A stretch of DNA of 63,826 nt, counting the filler, from Ministeria vibrans ATCC 50519 (Eukaryota > Protista > Filasterea), in NCBI GenBank assembly GCA_943704425.1. It is 7 parts of 7 records of this genome, joined end to end, with 100 filler letters (N's around TTAATTAATTAA, not from the genome) between each part and the next. Parts side by side here need not be neighbours in the genome. Positions count along the whole stretch, not along the records: positions 1 to 28,653 come from CALSCP010002066.1; 6 more parts are not named here. One strand, written 5' to 3'. Position 1 is the stretch's first letter; the number at the start of each line of letters is the position of its first letter. This document shows positions 1 to 13,177 of the stretch, piece by piece. The notes under the pieces are model-generated. The model was not told where the DNA came from and made no database searches. It was given only the letters and a program-made list of their open reading frames with translations. Made by a program: the position numbers and the translations under genes.

Positions 1-25
1 GAGAGAGAAACAAAGTGATAGAGAA

Positions 26-135
<110 letters not shown>

Positions 136-209
136 AGAAAGAAACAAAGTGATAGAGAAAGAGAGAGAGAGAGGTTTAAGAGTGAAGAGTAATTGTTGTT
201 GTTGTTGAC

Positions 210-1517
210 TAGCTCTGACCTTCTCTTGAGGAATGCTCTTCCAACAGGACACAATAAGACCGGCACAGTACGAGCGCAGCGTAGGTGCGTTCGCAGTGTC
301 TGCAATCACCAGCAGTTCAGTGCAGTTGCGTTCGTTGGCGTGTAGCATAAGCGCCTTTTCAGTTCTATAAGAATTATTGTTCAATACTCAAAAAATTACT
401 TCTTTCTGTTCATGGTAAGTACCGTTCTTTGAGACCAGGAAGACCAAATCGATTTGAGGCAGTGAGTAGGTCAAAGGCAAACTGATCCGCTTCTTTGATC
501 TCGACCTTGTCCGTGTACACAAACTTGAGCATGGTGTACACAACCTACAAGAACAGTTTGTAAATGGGCGCATATTTGTTTTCCCCTTTTCCTACCTCAT
601 AGCGCATGTCAGTGATCTCAAACTCGTCGACCGATGCCAAGTTGTGACCATCGGCAAGCCACGAGTCGCCGCGCGCCGCCAAGACAAACTTGTGGCACTT
701 AATGCGTCGGCCGCCGACAACCACGGCGACATCGCTGTGGCGGGAGCATAGAGAGGAATGTGAGGCAAGGGTGAGTTGCTTTGCAATAAATTAGTCTCCA
801 TGGCGAATGAAGACGGCGGGAGGGAGAGGGGGGAGGAGGAGATCAGCAGAAGAGAGCGAGTGGGATGAGTTTGAGACAAAAAGTCGCAATCAAGTTCGAG
901 AAAGAAAAACCCCCACTTTTGCCGGATTAGCGTCCAGGGCGCTTTGAAATATGCGTGTTGCCACACCCACGCAACCGAATGGTGTGTCATCGAGCGGGAA
1001 AGGGGCGTGGACAATGAGAGAGCAAAAGAAAAAACCTTTCTTTTGAGACGGCGAAGATGACGAGCAGAGAGAGAGAGCGAGAGAGACAGGGCATGGAAGC
1101 ACATGGCCTACCTGAGTTCGTCGCGGTCAAAGAGCGTCTCAATGCGCTTGAGGATTCGCGTGACAAAGTGGTCTGTTGCCGCCGGGTCGCCTGTGCCGTT
1201 CAGGCTCGCCTGCGCCGCCAGCTGGTTCTCCAGCTCGACGCATCGTTGCTGAAGCTTGGTGTACTCGCCCTGCAGAAGGGCGAGGTGTCGCTGGAGCTTG
1301 GCAATCTCTGAAGAGAGAGACAGAGAGAGAAAAAAAATCGAGGTTGAGTCGATACTCGTAAAGCAACGAGCGTTCAGGGAGGAGAATCAGCATTTCATAG
1401 GAATGAAGAAGGAAAACGGAGAAGGGGGATCGTATATTATTATTATTATTATTTTTTTTTTGAAAAAAAAAAAAAAACGCTTTCTTTCTCAATCTGGATA
1501 CCTTCGGCGCCACTCAT
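210..1517 (-). CDS. ANKFY1: Rabankyrin-5/ANKFY1 homologue, 5' part (coiled coil + BTB/BACK); continues off the left edge
   Basis: Spliced exons read MSGAE|EIAKLQRHLALLQGEYTKLQQR...LFDRDELS|DVAVVVGGRRIKCHKFVLAARGDSW...|VVYTMLKFVYTDKVEI...NRFGLPGLKER|..NCTELLVIADTANAPTLRSYCAGLIVSCW, following the ANKFY1 N-terminus; GT-AG introns. Confidence 0.88.
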
Positions 1518-1712
1518 GCTGGTCACTTGAGGGGTGACGCAAACAAAAGTTGAGATCAAAGAGAGAGAGACGAATCAAATTATTTGTATTTTATAATTGA
1601 ATTTTGATTGAAAGTGAACAAGTAAGGTATGTATTAATAATGCAGAGGAAAAGTAAAGGTTGAAAAAATGGTCAACTTCCAAAAATGAAATACTCTATTT
1701 ACTGTACAGTTT

Positions 1713-4700
1713 TCAATAGGCTCGAGAGCGCCTCACAAGGGGCTTCCCATCAGGGTCATGGGTTTGGGGTGCGGTGAGTCGCGCATAGAGTGCCTGTGAG
1801 CTGGTGTATTCCTCGAGACTGCTGACCGAGTCGGTGTGGGGCTCGCGAGGTCCATGCAGTCCAACGTCAACACAGTTTGCATAGATGTGTTGGTCCACAG
1901 TGGTATTGGCAAGGCACACTACACCCTCCTCAATGGTCACTTTGCGGTTCTGTAGCAGCCGCGCTTGATGTGCCAGCTGACAGAACGAACGGGAAAACAA
2001 AACAAAACAAAAATAAGTCTTTTCTGTTTCTTAGGGTGCTTGATACCTGTAAGAACAACACGTAGGCATGGCAGTCGTGCGTGTCGGGTTCGTCAACCTC
2101 GCAGCCGTACGCATCACGCATAGTCTGGGGTGCGACGCTAGCATCGCTCGTGTCGCTGTGGCGCCCACCACCTGCACTTCCCTTACCCTGTCGTCGCTGC
2201 ATGAAAGACTCACGGAAGCGCCCGCCACCACTGGCCAACCACCGCTCGACACCAAACACTTCGCGCTCCTGAGCCTTGTCCTTGGACGCCCCCTTGCGCG
2301 TGCTCGATGTCGTGATCACCTGGAAGGGCGACGTTTGGTCCTCGTCAAAGCCCTTGACAGCATCCGACGTGCGCATAATGTTGAACGCAAACATGCCATC
2401 TTCGCCTTCCTTGAAGCTCTCCAGCTCATTCTCATTGTAAAACTCGGACAGCACCCACTTCATGGCACGGAAGCCCATCGAGTCCATCTCGGGGTCGCGT
2501 GGCACTAGCGTGCGCTTGAGATGCGCCTTGGCTCCGGGCGAGGCTGCTGCCGCTGCTTCTGCCACGGCCGCCGCAATACGCTCGGCAGCTGTCGGCGGAC
2601 GCTGCTTCTTAAGCGCCTGCTGCTGCTGGCGCTGCTCCTGTCGTTTCCGTCGCTTCTTGTCCTTTATCGTCTTGGCATCGTCAGGTGGTCCTTCGCCCGA
2701 GTCGCGCCACGGCCGACGGTGCTTGGCCAGTAGCTTGTTCATCTTTTGGCTGCCCTTGGACGTTGTCGTTGGGTCGTCCGCCGGCTCAAACGTGTAGCCT
2801 GAGAATGATCGTCCACGCAGCGACGGCGCTGCAGCACCAGATGCTGCTACTGCTGCTGCTGCCGCCGCTGATGATGATGATGTGGTGGTGGTGGTGGTGG
2901 CGGTGGTTTCTGAAAACGAGTCACGCTGTGTGGCATCTCCTTCGCCCGTTGTTCCCTCTGGCACCTCGTCGACCGATTGTCGCAAGTACTTCTCACGACG
3001 CACCGCCACGGCAGCGGAGGCAGCGGTGACAGCGGTGGCGCCCATGAGATGGCGGTCGTCGGTGCCCGTAGGCGCAGTCCAGGCGAGTTGCAGTTGCTGA
3101 ATGCGTCGCTGCATCTCCACTGCGCGTTCTTTGGGCGACACCTGCTGTGCCTCGGCAAGTGTCTGCGCCTTCTGTTCTGCCGTCTCTCCCTTCTTGGGCA
3201 CCAGTGAGTTGACGTCGCTCAATAGATCAAGCAAGAAGACGAGATCATTGTCGGTCGCGTCCGCCCCGACATCGAGACCGCCCAGCCAGCGCACCAGACG
3301 AGGCTCGTGCTGTCGCGTCACTTCCTCGTCGGTCCCAAAGTCCACATAGCCATCATCCTTGAGCATACTGGATGCGGTCGCCACAAGACTGTCTGCGTCC
3401 CGCCCTGCACTGAGCACGTCTTGCAGGGCAAAGAGCAGTCCGTCGTCGCCTGCACCACGGTACGCAATTTCGTCGTCGTTACACTCGTTGGCTGTCTCTC
3501 GCACCACCATCGCTGGCAGCGACACCAAGGACGAACGCGACGATGACGATGAAACCGACGATACCGACGATCCACACGACCACGCAAGCTCATCGCCTTC
3601 CTCCCTTTCTACCCGCTCCTCCTCCTCCTGCTCCTCCTGCTCCTCCTGCTCCTCCTCCGACAAGTCCTCATCTTCCACTGACTCGTCCTGACCACGTCGC
3701 TCCTTGACGCGATCGCCCGTCGTCGTTCCTCTCATGCTCTTTGGATCGGTTGCTGCGGCAATGGCGCGCCTTCGTCTGCGCCCTCCCAGGGTGTCCTGGT
3801 CCTCTTCGCAGACGCCGAGTCGCGCGTGCCACCAGTGAACGTGGTTTCGACGGGGCATGCGGTAGCCGCACCAGGGCGGATGGTAGTGCAGGTAGTAGTC
3901 GGTGGAGAGATTCCACAGGGAAGTGTTGGAGTGGACGGACGGTCGGAAGACGCCAAGGAAGAGATTGATGGCGCCTTGCTTGTCGGCGTCGGTGAATGAG
4001 TTGCTGTAGTAGCGTTGAATGGTGTGCAGAATGTCGCGCGAGTTTGAGGTCCACTGAGACGTCTGACGGTATGTCTCAAGGGTGTTGACAAGCTGAGAGC
4101 CGCCGTACTGCAGGGCAATGGTGTCGCCGTGGTCCTCGTACATAGTCTTGAGCACATGAAAGGCAGCACAGTCAAACTCGACGTGGGGCCAGTCGATGAC
4201 GCCGAGCGCGTACAGTTGATGGCCCAGCGCACACTTGCCCACCATAAACTCGACCATGTTGGTGCGATCGAGACAGTCAATGCAGTTAGTGCGCAGGACG
4301 CCTAGCTGGCGACGTCCCTGCACGGAATTCTCGTCGTACGACACGCCGCCCACCTTGATTTGCATCCCTTGCTCCTCGCGCACCCGGTTCGCCGCCACCT
4401 GCTTGCCACTGTGAAAGAAGCCCGTGATGCGGATGGCATCTACGCCAATCAGCGCAAGCCGCTCCAGTACGTTGTTCTGCGGATTTTTGCTCTTGGCACA
4501 GTTGGCCATGTCCCATGCACTGTAGATCAATTGGTGGTCCGGTGGAAGGTGCTACAAAAGGGATTAATAATCATTAATAATTAATATAAAAACAAGTGCT
4601 CTAAAATTCGTTCTTCTCAAATTAATTACGCGGTTGAGATAGCGAACGCACTGGCCAAACTCGCGATGAAGAATGCTCTCGCGGGGCTTTTTCTCCTGCT

Positions 4701-6145
4701 TCTTGACGACATTGAGGACAATGATGGGTGAGCCGTAGATGCGGAAGAGTTCGTCAAAGTGGAGGGCGGCAGGGGAGTGGCAGGGGTCGACACGGTCGAC
4801 TTGGATGGGCGGCTTGGTCGCGAGACCCTTGGTGTCCTGGCTCCAGAAAAGCGGGATGCTGCCACGCATCTGCCGGAACGACGTGTAGCCGCCCGTGTCG
4901 GAGCTCAACCGTGACGCATCGTGGACAATCTGCTCGCTCTCGACGTCATTGGCCACCCAGCCGGCATCGTTGGCGCCGCGCTTAAGAAACCGCGTGCCTG
5001 CCATGCGCCGAGACCGTCGCGCAATCAGTGTCACGTAGATGGGCCGTCGAAATACTGCCAAGTTGGCCTAGAAAAAGAAAAGGTTGAGGTTCAGCCTATG
5101 GTTGATAGTGCCTCCGTTTTTCTCTCTTCTTTTTCTCTCTGCGTAAGGCCGTCCGTCTGCATGTCTCTCTCTGATGTCTCACTCTGATTCTCTCCCTTGT
5201 GTTTCTCCCTGGTGTCTTCATCTCTCTTTTTCTTTCTCTCTCCCAAAGCCGTCCGTCTGCACGTCTCTATCTCCCTATGTACTTCTCTCTCACTCCATCT
5301 TGTGTATTTACCTGGGAGACAAAACCGTGGATGATGGGAAGAATCCAGTCGCGATGGACATGGTTGATGAGGGGCTGCAGCAGGTAGTGGTTCCAGATGA
5401 ACTTGTCGTTGAAACGCGACAGGTCGACGCGTCCTGATGGCAGAGTGGCGTCCATTTCATCGCTGCGCACCATTTGGTACTGGAGACCGTGCGTGAGATC
5501 GTATGTGTGACTGTAGTAGAAGTTAGAGGTGAGGTCCACGGAGTGAAATGTTTTGAGATAGTGCGTCTCGTCGGCGGATCGTTGGACGTGTGCGCTGGGA
5601 TGAAGCACAGGCACCATGGCGGTGTCTTCAATCTTGTAAATGTAGTGGGCACCAATGAGAGCAACGCGGCGTCGTTTCGTCACGAGGATCAGGTAGTATC
5701 CCTCGAGGAAGCGCACAGCGCCCAGCAGCGCATACGCCGAGACCTTCCCAAAGATGCCCCCAAGCGAGCGGTTGCCCTCGTCGATCATCATCAGGAGGTT
5801 CCGCACTTGCTCGCGCGTGTATTCGATGCCGTCGTCGACAATGTTGAGCGCGACCGACATTCGGTCAATCTGTGAGAAGGAAAAGAGTTTTTGAGACGAA
5901 TTTTTTATTTTTGTTTTGTAAGAAGAAAAAAAGAATCACCTTGAGAACACGAAAGCGCGTCCCGTGGCTGTTGGAACCGACAATGTAGAGGCGCTACACG
6001 AGTGCGTGAGTGTGAGAGTGGCAGAGCGAGCGGGAAGAGAGGAGAGAGAAGGAATTGAGCGAGTTTGTACCATTTTGGTCTCGTAGACAGCAATGCCTTC
6101 GACCGACGGCCGAGCCGGCACCAACGACAGCGCTGGTTTGCGCAT
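1713..6145 (-). CDS. FIG4: FIG4/SAC3 PI(3,5)P2 5-phosphatase, multi-exon, with long low-complexity C-terminal region
   Basis: YETK..RFYIVGSN..RFRVLK; RRSRRMAGTRFLKRG; ANDVESEQIV; RGSIPLFWSQ; catalytic RTNCIDCLDRTN; GDTIALQYGGSQLV; RYYSNSFTDADKQ. Confidence 0.95.
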
Positions 6146-6301
6146 GAACAAAAATAATAGTAAAAAGGATAATAAAATTAAAAATTAAAAAATATAATAA
6201 TAATAATGTATTGTTTTGGGGGGGGTTTTTTTGACTCTGATCAGTGGTTATTAAGAGGGACGCCGCAATGATGCACCGGGGATTGCCGTGTACAAGCTCT
6301 A

Positions 6302-6458
6302 CCTGTGCCTTCGTACATTTTTCTCATAGGTGTATCACTCAGTATCAGTGGGTCTATGGGCTTCTTTCGGGACATTCTCGTCTTGAAGTTTACGGCGGAA
6401 GAATGTCTTGTTTTGACATTGAGTACAGCTCTCGATTCTCTATTAATTATATTCTTAG
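6302..6458 (+). mobile_element. Dispersed ~160-bp repeat, copy 1 (Helitron-like, non-autonomous)
   Basis: Near-identical to 30133-30294 and to the reverse complement of ~56150-56290 (shared GTATCAGTGGGTCTATGGGCTTC...GACATTGAGTACAGCTCTCGATTCTCT). Confidence 0.75.
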
Positions 6459-6580
6459 TGGTTAATAATTACAGTCATTGTGATTGCATTTCCTTTCTGA
6501 CTTCTGAGTAAACAAAGGTGTTGTTTTGTGGTATATTAGTACTGTAATGAAAAATTGAAAATGACTGCGGGGAATACATA

Positions 6581-9500
6581 TTAGAGATATTGTTTGTCGT
6601 CGTCGAGCCACTGGTCGGGAAACTGGGTCGCCGAGGCGCCGATACGCTGGAGAGTGATCTCGTCGATGACCTGGGCACAGTCGTCAAAGCTTGTGGCCGA
6701 CTGCCTGACGTCCGAGTTGGTGCGTCCAAAGCGACGCAACGTCGTCGGGGTAGCAACAGGTGAGAGTCCCTCGTTTTCGATGAGCGAACGGCGGGCCGAG
6801 CGGCGCGGACAAAAGTCCGCGCTGACGTTTGAGTCAGTGTCCGAATCTTGTTCCTCGTCAACCCATTCCTTGATGGCGTTCTGGGTCTTATCCATGTAGC
6901 GTTCGCGGATGCTGCTGACAAAGTCGGGGTCGACTTCATAAAAGGACTCGATGCGGCCGCGCATGATGTCGCGCAGACGCATTTGGGTGTCGCTCGAGCT
7001 GCCCTCGGTGGTGGTGCCCGAGAGAGACATACCGGAGTCGGAGTAAGCCGAGCTCGATTCTGTGCGCGACATCGTGGAAACGCTGGTTTCGCCGCGTTTG
7101 GGAGGCGCACGGAAGCCACCGCGGCGCAAGGCGTCGTTTCGCTTGTGCTTGTTGTTGGAGGAGGTGCGGGTTGAGCGAGCCTCCCACTTGCTGGCAAGTT
7201 CGGCGCGGGTGCGTCGCGAAAGCCCATACGCGAAGAAAAGCCAGAGGCCCTGGAAGCCATTGACAGCGGCAAAGAGGAGCCAGACAACGTCCGAGTCGAC
7301 CGCCAGCGCAATGTAGCTGAGCACCCAAGTGGTTCCGGTGGTCATACAGAAAATAATCATGGCACGCAAGTGTTGCCATCGCTCGGAACTGCTGTTGGAC
7401 TTGCGCAGGCGTTTGTTGGCCTTGTAGCTGCGGTAGAAGACGCGAACGCACATAAAGAGAATGGCAAAGTCAAATACGAGCACGACGCCAAGGGGCACAA
7501 GGAAGGCCCACGTGAGAACGGGGCCGGATTTGAACCAGCAAACGGAAGAGCTAGTGCTCGAGCCTTGTGTCTGGTCCACAATGGCAAGGACGGCCGTGGG
7601 CAGCAGAGGGAGCAGCCAGAGCAGCACGCAAGCAACGGTCGTGGAGCGGACCGACTCGCTGAGCTTGTTCAGAACAATGGCACGCCAGAGCAGCGCAGCA
7701 CTTGCAAACATCCACATGAAAACAGACATGACCGAGTAGTACAGGGCCAGTTTGGAGAATTGACACAGCGCTGCGTTTTGCGTCTGGTTGATGCCGGCGG
7801 AGAAAATGACATTGACGAGGATAAGCGCAACGCTAAGCTGCATCACAACGAGAATAGGAGTGGTGCGCAGACGGGGCAGGTAAGAAAAAATGAGGAGCAG
7901 TGCAGTGCAGGCAATGATGGAGATGATGCAACCCAGCAAGCTGACGACGTTGGTGGCAACTGCTAGGGGTGATGTTGACGACGTGTAGAAAACTCCAACG
8001 TCGCTAAAGTGCATCAAATCGCCGCTGATAGTGCTGAGCACGTCGTCAATCACTTGGTTGCCCGCCTTCTCCCAGTCGCTGCCTTCGGCGCGGTAGTAAA
8101 GAACACGCGAGTAGCCGGGAGATGGGCTACCCAGAGGGATGGTGATGCGCACGGCTGTGGTAAAGTCCATGGCTGGCAGGAGTGTGTAGATAATGGAGGC
8201 GCGGTACGCCGAGGGCTCCGAGCCTACAACACTTTGGGTCGCGCGACGCCCGACAATAATGTCCTCGGAGACCTCCTTGAGCGCACCGACTGGCACTGTG
8301 AGCGTCACATTGCCGCTGCTGATGCTGCCGCCCACATTACGGGCCACCGTGGCTGCTGCAAGCTCGAAGTAGGTGATTTCCGTCTCACAGAGTTCGCCCG
8401 TGAATACTCCAAGGCAACTACAAGTAAAGGCGGAGACACCATCGACGCACACTGCGCCATTCTGGCACGGCGACGAAGCGCACTCGTTAATATCAAGGGC
8501 GCAGGTGAGTCCCGTGTAGCCCAGAGCACATGTGCATGAGTGACCGCCGCCCGGCGCGGGGGACTCAACACAGGTGGCGCCGTTCTGACATGGAGACGAT
8601 ACACACACATCGGCGTCGTCGGAGCACATGGCGCCTGTCCAGCCTGCGAGACACGAACAGGTGTACAGATTGGCGCTAATATCTTGACAGGTAGCGCCAT
8701 TCTGGCAGGGTGACGACTCGCACTCGCTCGTCTCCAAGTCACACAGCAAGCCAAAGAATCCAGCGGGGCAAGAGCACGTAAAGCTGTATGCAGCATCGAG
8801 ACACGTCGCGCCGTTCTGACAGGGCATCGACGCACACTCGTCAAGGTTCACACTGCACGTTACGCCGGCAAAACCGCCCACACAGTTGCACGAGTAGCCA
8901 GCGACAGCGTCGGAGCAGGCGCCGCCGTTTTCACAAGGAGACGAATCGCACTCGTCCATATCAACGGCACAGATGGCGCTGGTGTATCCGACGGCGCAGA
9001 GGCAGAGGAAGCTGTCCTCAAGGTCGAGGCAGGTGGCACCGTTCAGGCAAGGATTAGAGGCGCACTCATTGACGGTGGGCGCAGGCAACGGGAAAGTCTC
9101 TTCGCTGGGCTTGAACAGCACGGCAAAGTTGGTGAGATGGTTGCAGCGACAGCGAGTAGAGCTGGCAGACGAGGAGAGCACCGTGCAGCCATCGGTGGAC
9201 CAGGCGTCCAAGTCGAACGACCAGTAGTAGCAGCCGCGCGGGGCAGTGCGGGAGCTGTTGGCGTGGACAAGGTCGACAATAACAGCGTCGTCGTCGGCGA
9301 GGCCGTTGACTTGGGCGTCGCCCACGACAAAGGAGACAATGGGAGAGTCGAGGACGAGGGCAGGGTCACTCTGGTTGGTGGACAGCTCGGAGAAGGGGTT
9401 TTCGGCGTAGGTGACCATCTGGACGACGATGGAACAGCTGACGAAGGCACTGAGTTTGGCGTCGGTGTCGCTAACGGCGGTGGCGAAGCCCGCCGGGAGC

Positions 9501-11186
9501 GTGACGGCCGACGTGCCAATGGCGTGGATACCTGTGGCGCTGGCGATGGTGGAGCGAGTGGAGAAGGCGCTGCTAAAGCGGTTGCCATTGGAGGTGCGGA
9601 GAGTGTTGCAGGGTTGCTGTAGGGCAGTGGATCGCACTGCGTTGACGGCAGCCGTGGCAAGGGAGCTGGTGCTGGCGACAGAGCGCAGAGCGGGAAGCGT
9701 GTCTGCGGCCAAGAGTGCGTCGACGGTGTCCAAGGCGAGAAGGGTAGCGTTAAGTGAGCTCGCGAGATCGAGGTCAGGATCGATCGGAGCGTTGGAGGGG
9801 TCAAGCAGGCTAAGAGTGTTGTTGACAAGGAAGGAATTGACCTTGTTTAGCGAGGTGAGCATGACCGCTGCAGACTGGGCGGGCGAGTCGGTGGTGGCAA
9901 AGGCGTTGTTAGTGGCGAGCGTGTCAATAATGGAGAGGGTGCCGTTAACCAGATCGCCCGCGGCGTCTTCGGCTTCAAATTCGTTGAGGTCTGTGACAAG
10001 GCAGTTGGGCATGCCATCAGCGGGGTTGTTGTTGCTCATGGTGAGATTTGGCGGGTTGACAAATGGTGTCCACGAAGCGACACCACCCGTGCACAGCTGT
10101 GGGTTGTCGACAATAGTCGCCTGGCCACCAATGGATTTGAGCGAGAGGCGCATTGCGATGGAGCGAAGTGCGAGGTTGTTGCGGATCTCGAGGTCGTCCG
10201 TGATGAAGCGCAGGCTGCTTGTGGCAATGTGTCTGAGCGCGGTATTGTTGGTGACAATGAGGGACGCCTTGATTTTTCGCAGTCCCAAGAGTTCCAGGCG
10301 CTCCAGGCTGGCGCAGTTGGTGACTTCAAGGGACGTGTCGATGTTCTTGTCGCTGGTGTACAGGCGGACGGTGGTGAGCTGCTGGAGATTGTCGATGCGC
10401 AGCTTGTCGCCGACACTCTTGGGGACAGTGTAGTCCAGGGTGCCTCCGACGACGCCTGGGTCGTCAGCAATGAGCAGTGCGGCGGCATTCTTCAGCTTGG
10501 TGAAGAGCGCGAGGAGCGGTGCTGACGTGGGCGAGACAAAAAAAACGCCCGTGAGCGTTCGCACCTTGAGCAGCTGCAAGGAGTCGATGGAGGCAAGGGA
10601 CGGGTTGGCACGAAGGTCAAGGTCGCCATTGAAGGTCGCTGCAATGCTAGAGAATGCGATGACGCTCGAGAGGACCGGATTCTGCCGGATGGCAAGAGTG
10701 CCAACTGAAGTAAGCAGAGGGAAACCGTCGAGGGTAACGAGCGCGTCGTTGTCGCTGATGTCCAGGAGCGTAGACACAGTCTCAAGTTTGGGAAAGGCGG
10801 CGACGGAAGTGGTAGGGAGCGCCGTTAAATTGCAAAGGCGAAGTGTGGTGACGTCGACAAGCTCAGGAAAAATGCCCGAAATGTCGGACAAGGATGCGAG
10901 TGAATCAAGCACCAGCGCACCCTGGATTGTGTCTACTAGTGGGAACGCATTTTCGACTTGCACCGTCGTCCACGACGAGGGCACGACGAGAGTTGCGCTG
11001 ATGGTTGTGCTACAAAATGCATATAGTGACGTCAATTGGAGCGGTCGCGCGACAAGAAGGCGTGTTCATTTGTGGATGGAACCCTTACCAAAGGGGGTTG
11101 TTCAAGGACTCAGTTGGGGTACACACAAGCGCGGAGCAAAAAGACGACGACGCGAGGAGAGTGAGAAGTGCCACAAACAAAAACAT
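6581..11186 (-). CDS. Adhesion-type GPCR: signal peptide, L-domain/LRR-like repeats, GAIN/GPS, 6 EGF repeats, ZU5-like domain (HFS), 7TM_2
   Basis: Exon 1 MFLFVALLTLLASSSFCSA.. (11186-11089), intron about 11088-11010; GPS CYYWSF..WSTDGC..CRCNHLTNFAVL; six EGF repeats; secretin-like 7TM (VVSLLGCIISII..MSVFMWM..CWF..GTTWV..NGFQGLWLFF). Confidence 0.92.
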
Positions 11187-11582
11187 TTCTTTCTCAAGAA
11201 GGAAATGGCGTTGCACTGGATGGACGCGAGCGTCGCGAGGGAGGGTGATAGTTAACAAACAACAGAGTGGTATAACAACGGACGCCGGTGCGCTTGAAAG
11301 AAAGAAAGAATTGATTGTGGATTTTTTTGGAATTTTTAAGTACGAAAGATCAGCGACAGATCCAAAACGCCATCTCAGCCATCCGAGAAAATGGCTACTG
11401 GATGAGGCATCACCGCACCAGCAAGCAATCAGTTTTTGAGTTATTATTGGTTGCCGGTTGGTGACACGAATGGCTTGTATCGACGGAGGATCATGGTGAA
11501 TCAATGACAGTGAATAATAAGTCTTCAGTCAGACGTCAGTTCAGTGAATAATAATTTTTTTCAGTGCTTCCTTCACATTTCC

Positions 11583-12489
11583 ATGAATGAGCGACCCTGT
11601 CCATTCTGCGAGATTGTAACGAATAGAAAGGACAGCAATGGACGGGGTCTTCTGTTTTTCGACGATCGCGTCATTGTGTTCTATGACATTCGCCGACGCG
11701 CTCGTCTTCACCTGCAGATTGTGCCCGTCAGCCACCGCCAGGACATCAACTCGCTGACACGCGATGATGTTGATCTTGTGAGACACATGGAGTCGGTTGG
11801 CACACAAGTTGCGCGCGTAAGGAGCGCACTTTAGCCATTTTTATTTAACGGGTTCTTTCCTTCTTCTTCTCTTCTTCTCCTCTTCTTCTTCTTCTTCTCT
11901 CTCACTCCTCCTCTCACTCACTTCTCTCACTCACTCTGTCTCTGTTTCTATCTCTCTCTCTCTCTTTCTCTCTTTGTCTATCTGTTTCTGTCTATTTGTT
12001 TGTGTGTTTGTCTCTTCTCTCTCATTTTCTCTCTCTCAGACACTTCTCAACGACTCTACCATTGAACCGCTTATGGGATTCCATGTACCGCCTTATACCA
12101 GGTGAGTCAGCTTGCGCTGTATTGTGTGTTTGAATCAACTCTCACAACACACATATTCTCTCACTCTCCATCGACCCTCTGCACACGCTCTCTTGACTCT
12201 TCTCATTCTACCCCGCTCTGACGTCCTCCCTTCTATCTCTTTATGTTTCCAATATTATAGTATATTTTATACGACGTCGTATTTATTGATACTATGTATT
12301 ACCTTTACATTCTTGTCGGTGGAGTATTCTCTACCTCTCTCGCTCACTCTTGTGCATTTTTCTCATTCAAGCGTCCATCACCTCCATCTTCATTGCATTG
12401 TGCCACCGTTCCTTTGGTTTGCAAGGCTCAAGTATCTGTCATTTGCACCGTGGTTTCGCACTGTCGAGCAAACCATCTCGCGATTGTAG
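11583..12489 (+). CDS. HIT-family nucleotide hydrolase (HINT3/aprataxin-like), 3 exons
   Basis: CPFCEI...HLQIVP..|GFHVPPYTS|VHHLHLHCI histidine triad. Confidence 0.85.
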
Positions 12490-13177
12490 TCCGGTTGTAG
12501 TGCCACTGCAATCTTCTGCCTCGTTCGCTTGGCACTCTCAGTCAACGATTTTTGTTGCCCTTTCTCTTCTACATGATAAAATGTGTATCTCTTTCTCTCC
12601 CGCACGATGTGACAAACGGGTAGTACTCTTTTTATATGGACTGTTAAAATATAATGTACAAAATCACACCAGCCCAATCTTTTGTCTCTCACTGTTCCTG
12701 AGATCTTTCGTCTCTAATCACTATTACGGAATAAGGCCTAAAAGAACAATAGATCATTCAGGACGAGTCAGAAGGCGCGATAGACACGGGGGTTCTCACA
12801 CGCGGATCAATGAGTGGTGCGGTGTTTATTTTGTTGTGGTTTCAGTGAAAGCCCGCAAGATTGTACATTAGAATGATCGGTGTGAAAAAATGTCAAGTGT
12901 ACCGTCCCTCCATGCAGATTGTCTCCATTTACGCGACAAAGTAAAACAACACTTACAGCATAAAACTTTCATGCGCTTTAAAGCCAAAAGAGACCGTGGC
13001 GCTAAATCGAGAGACTGACTTCAAAAAATTATTCATTCGCTTAATTCAGTTTTGTCTCCCGCTTCTCTGACAATCCAAGGTTTGAATCACACCTCCAATC
13101 ACTCCCATTTTATCGTCTCCGTCTCTCCAGCCTCACAGCCGCGGCATACTCCTAACAGTTGACCAATATTTCGCAGC

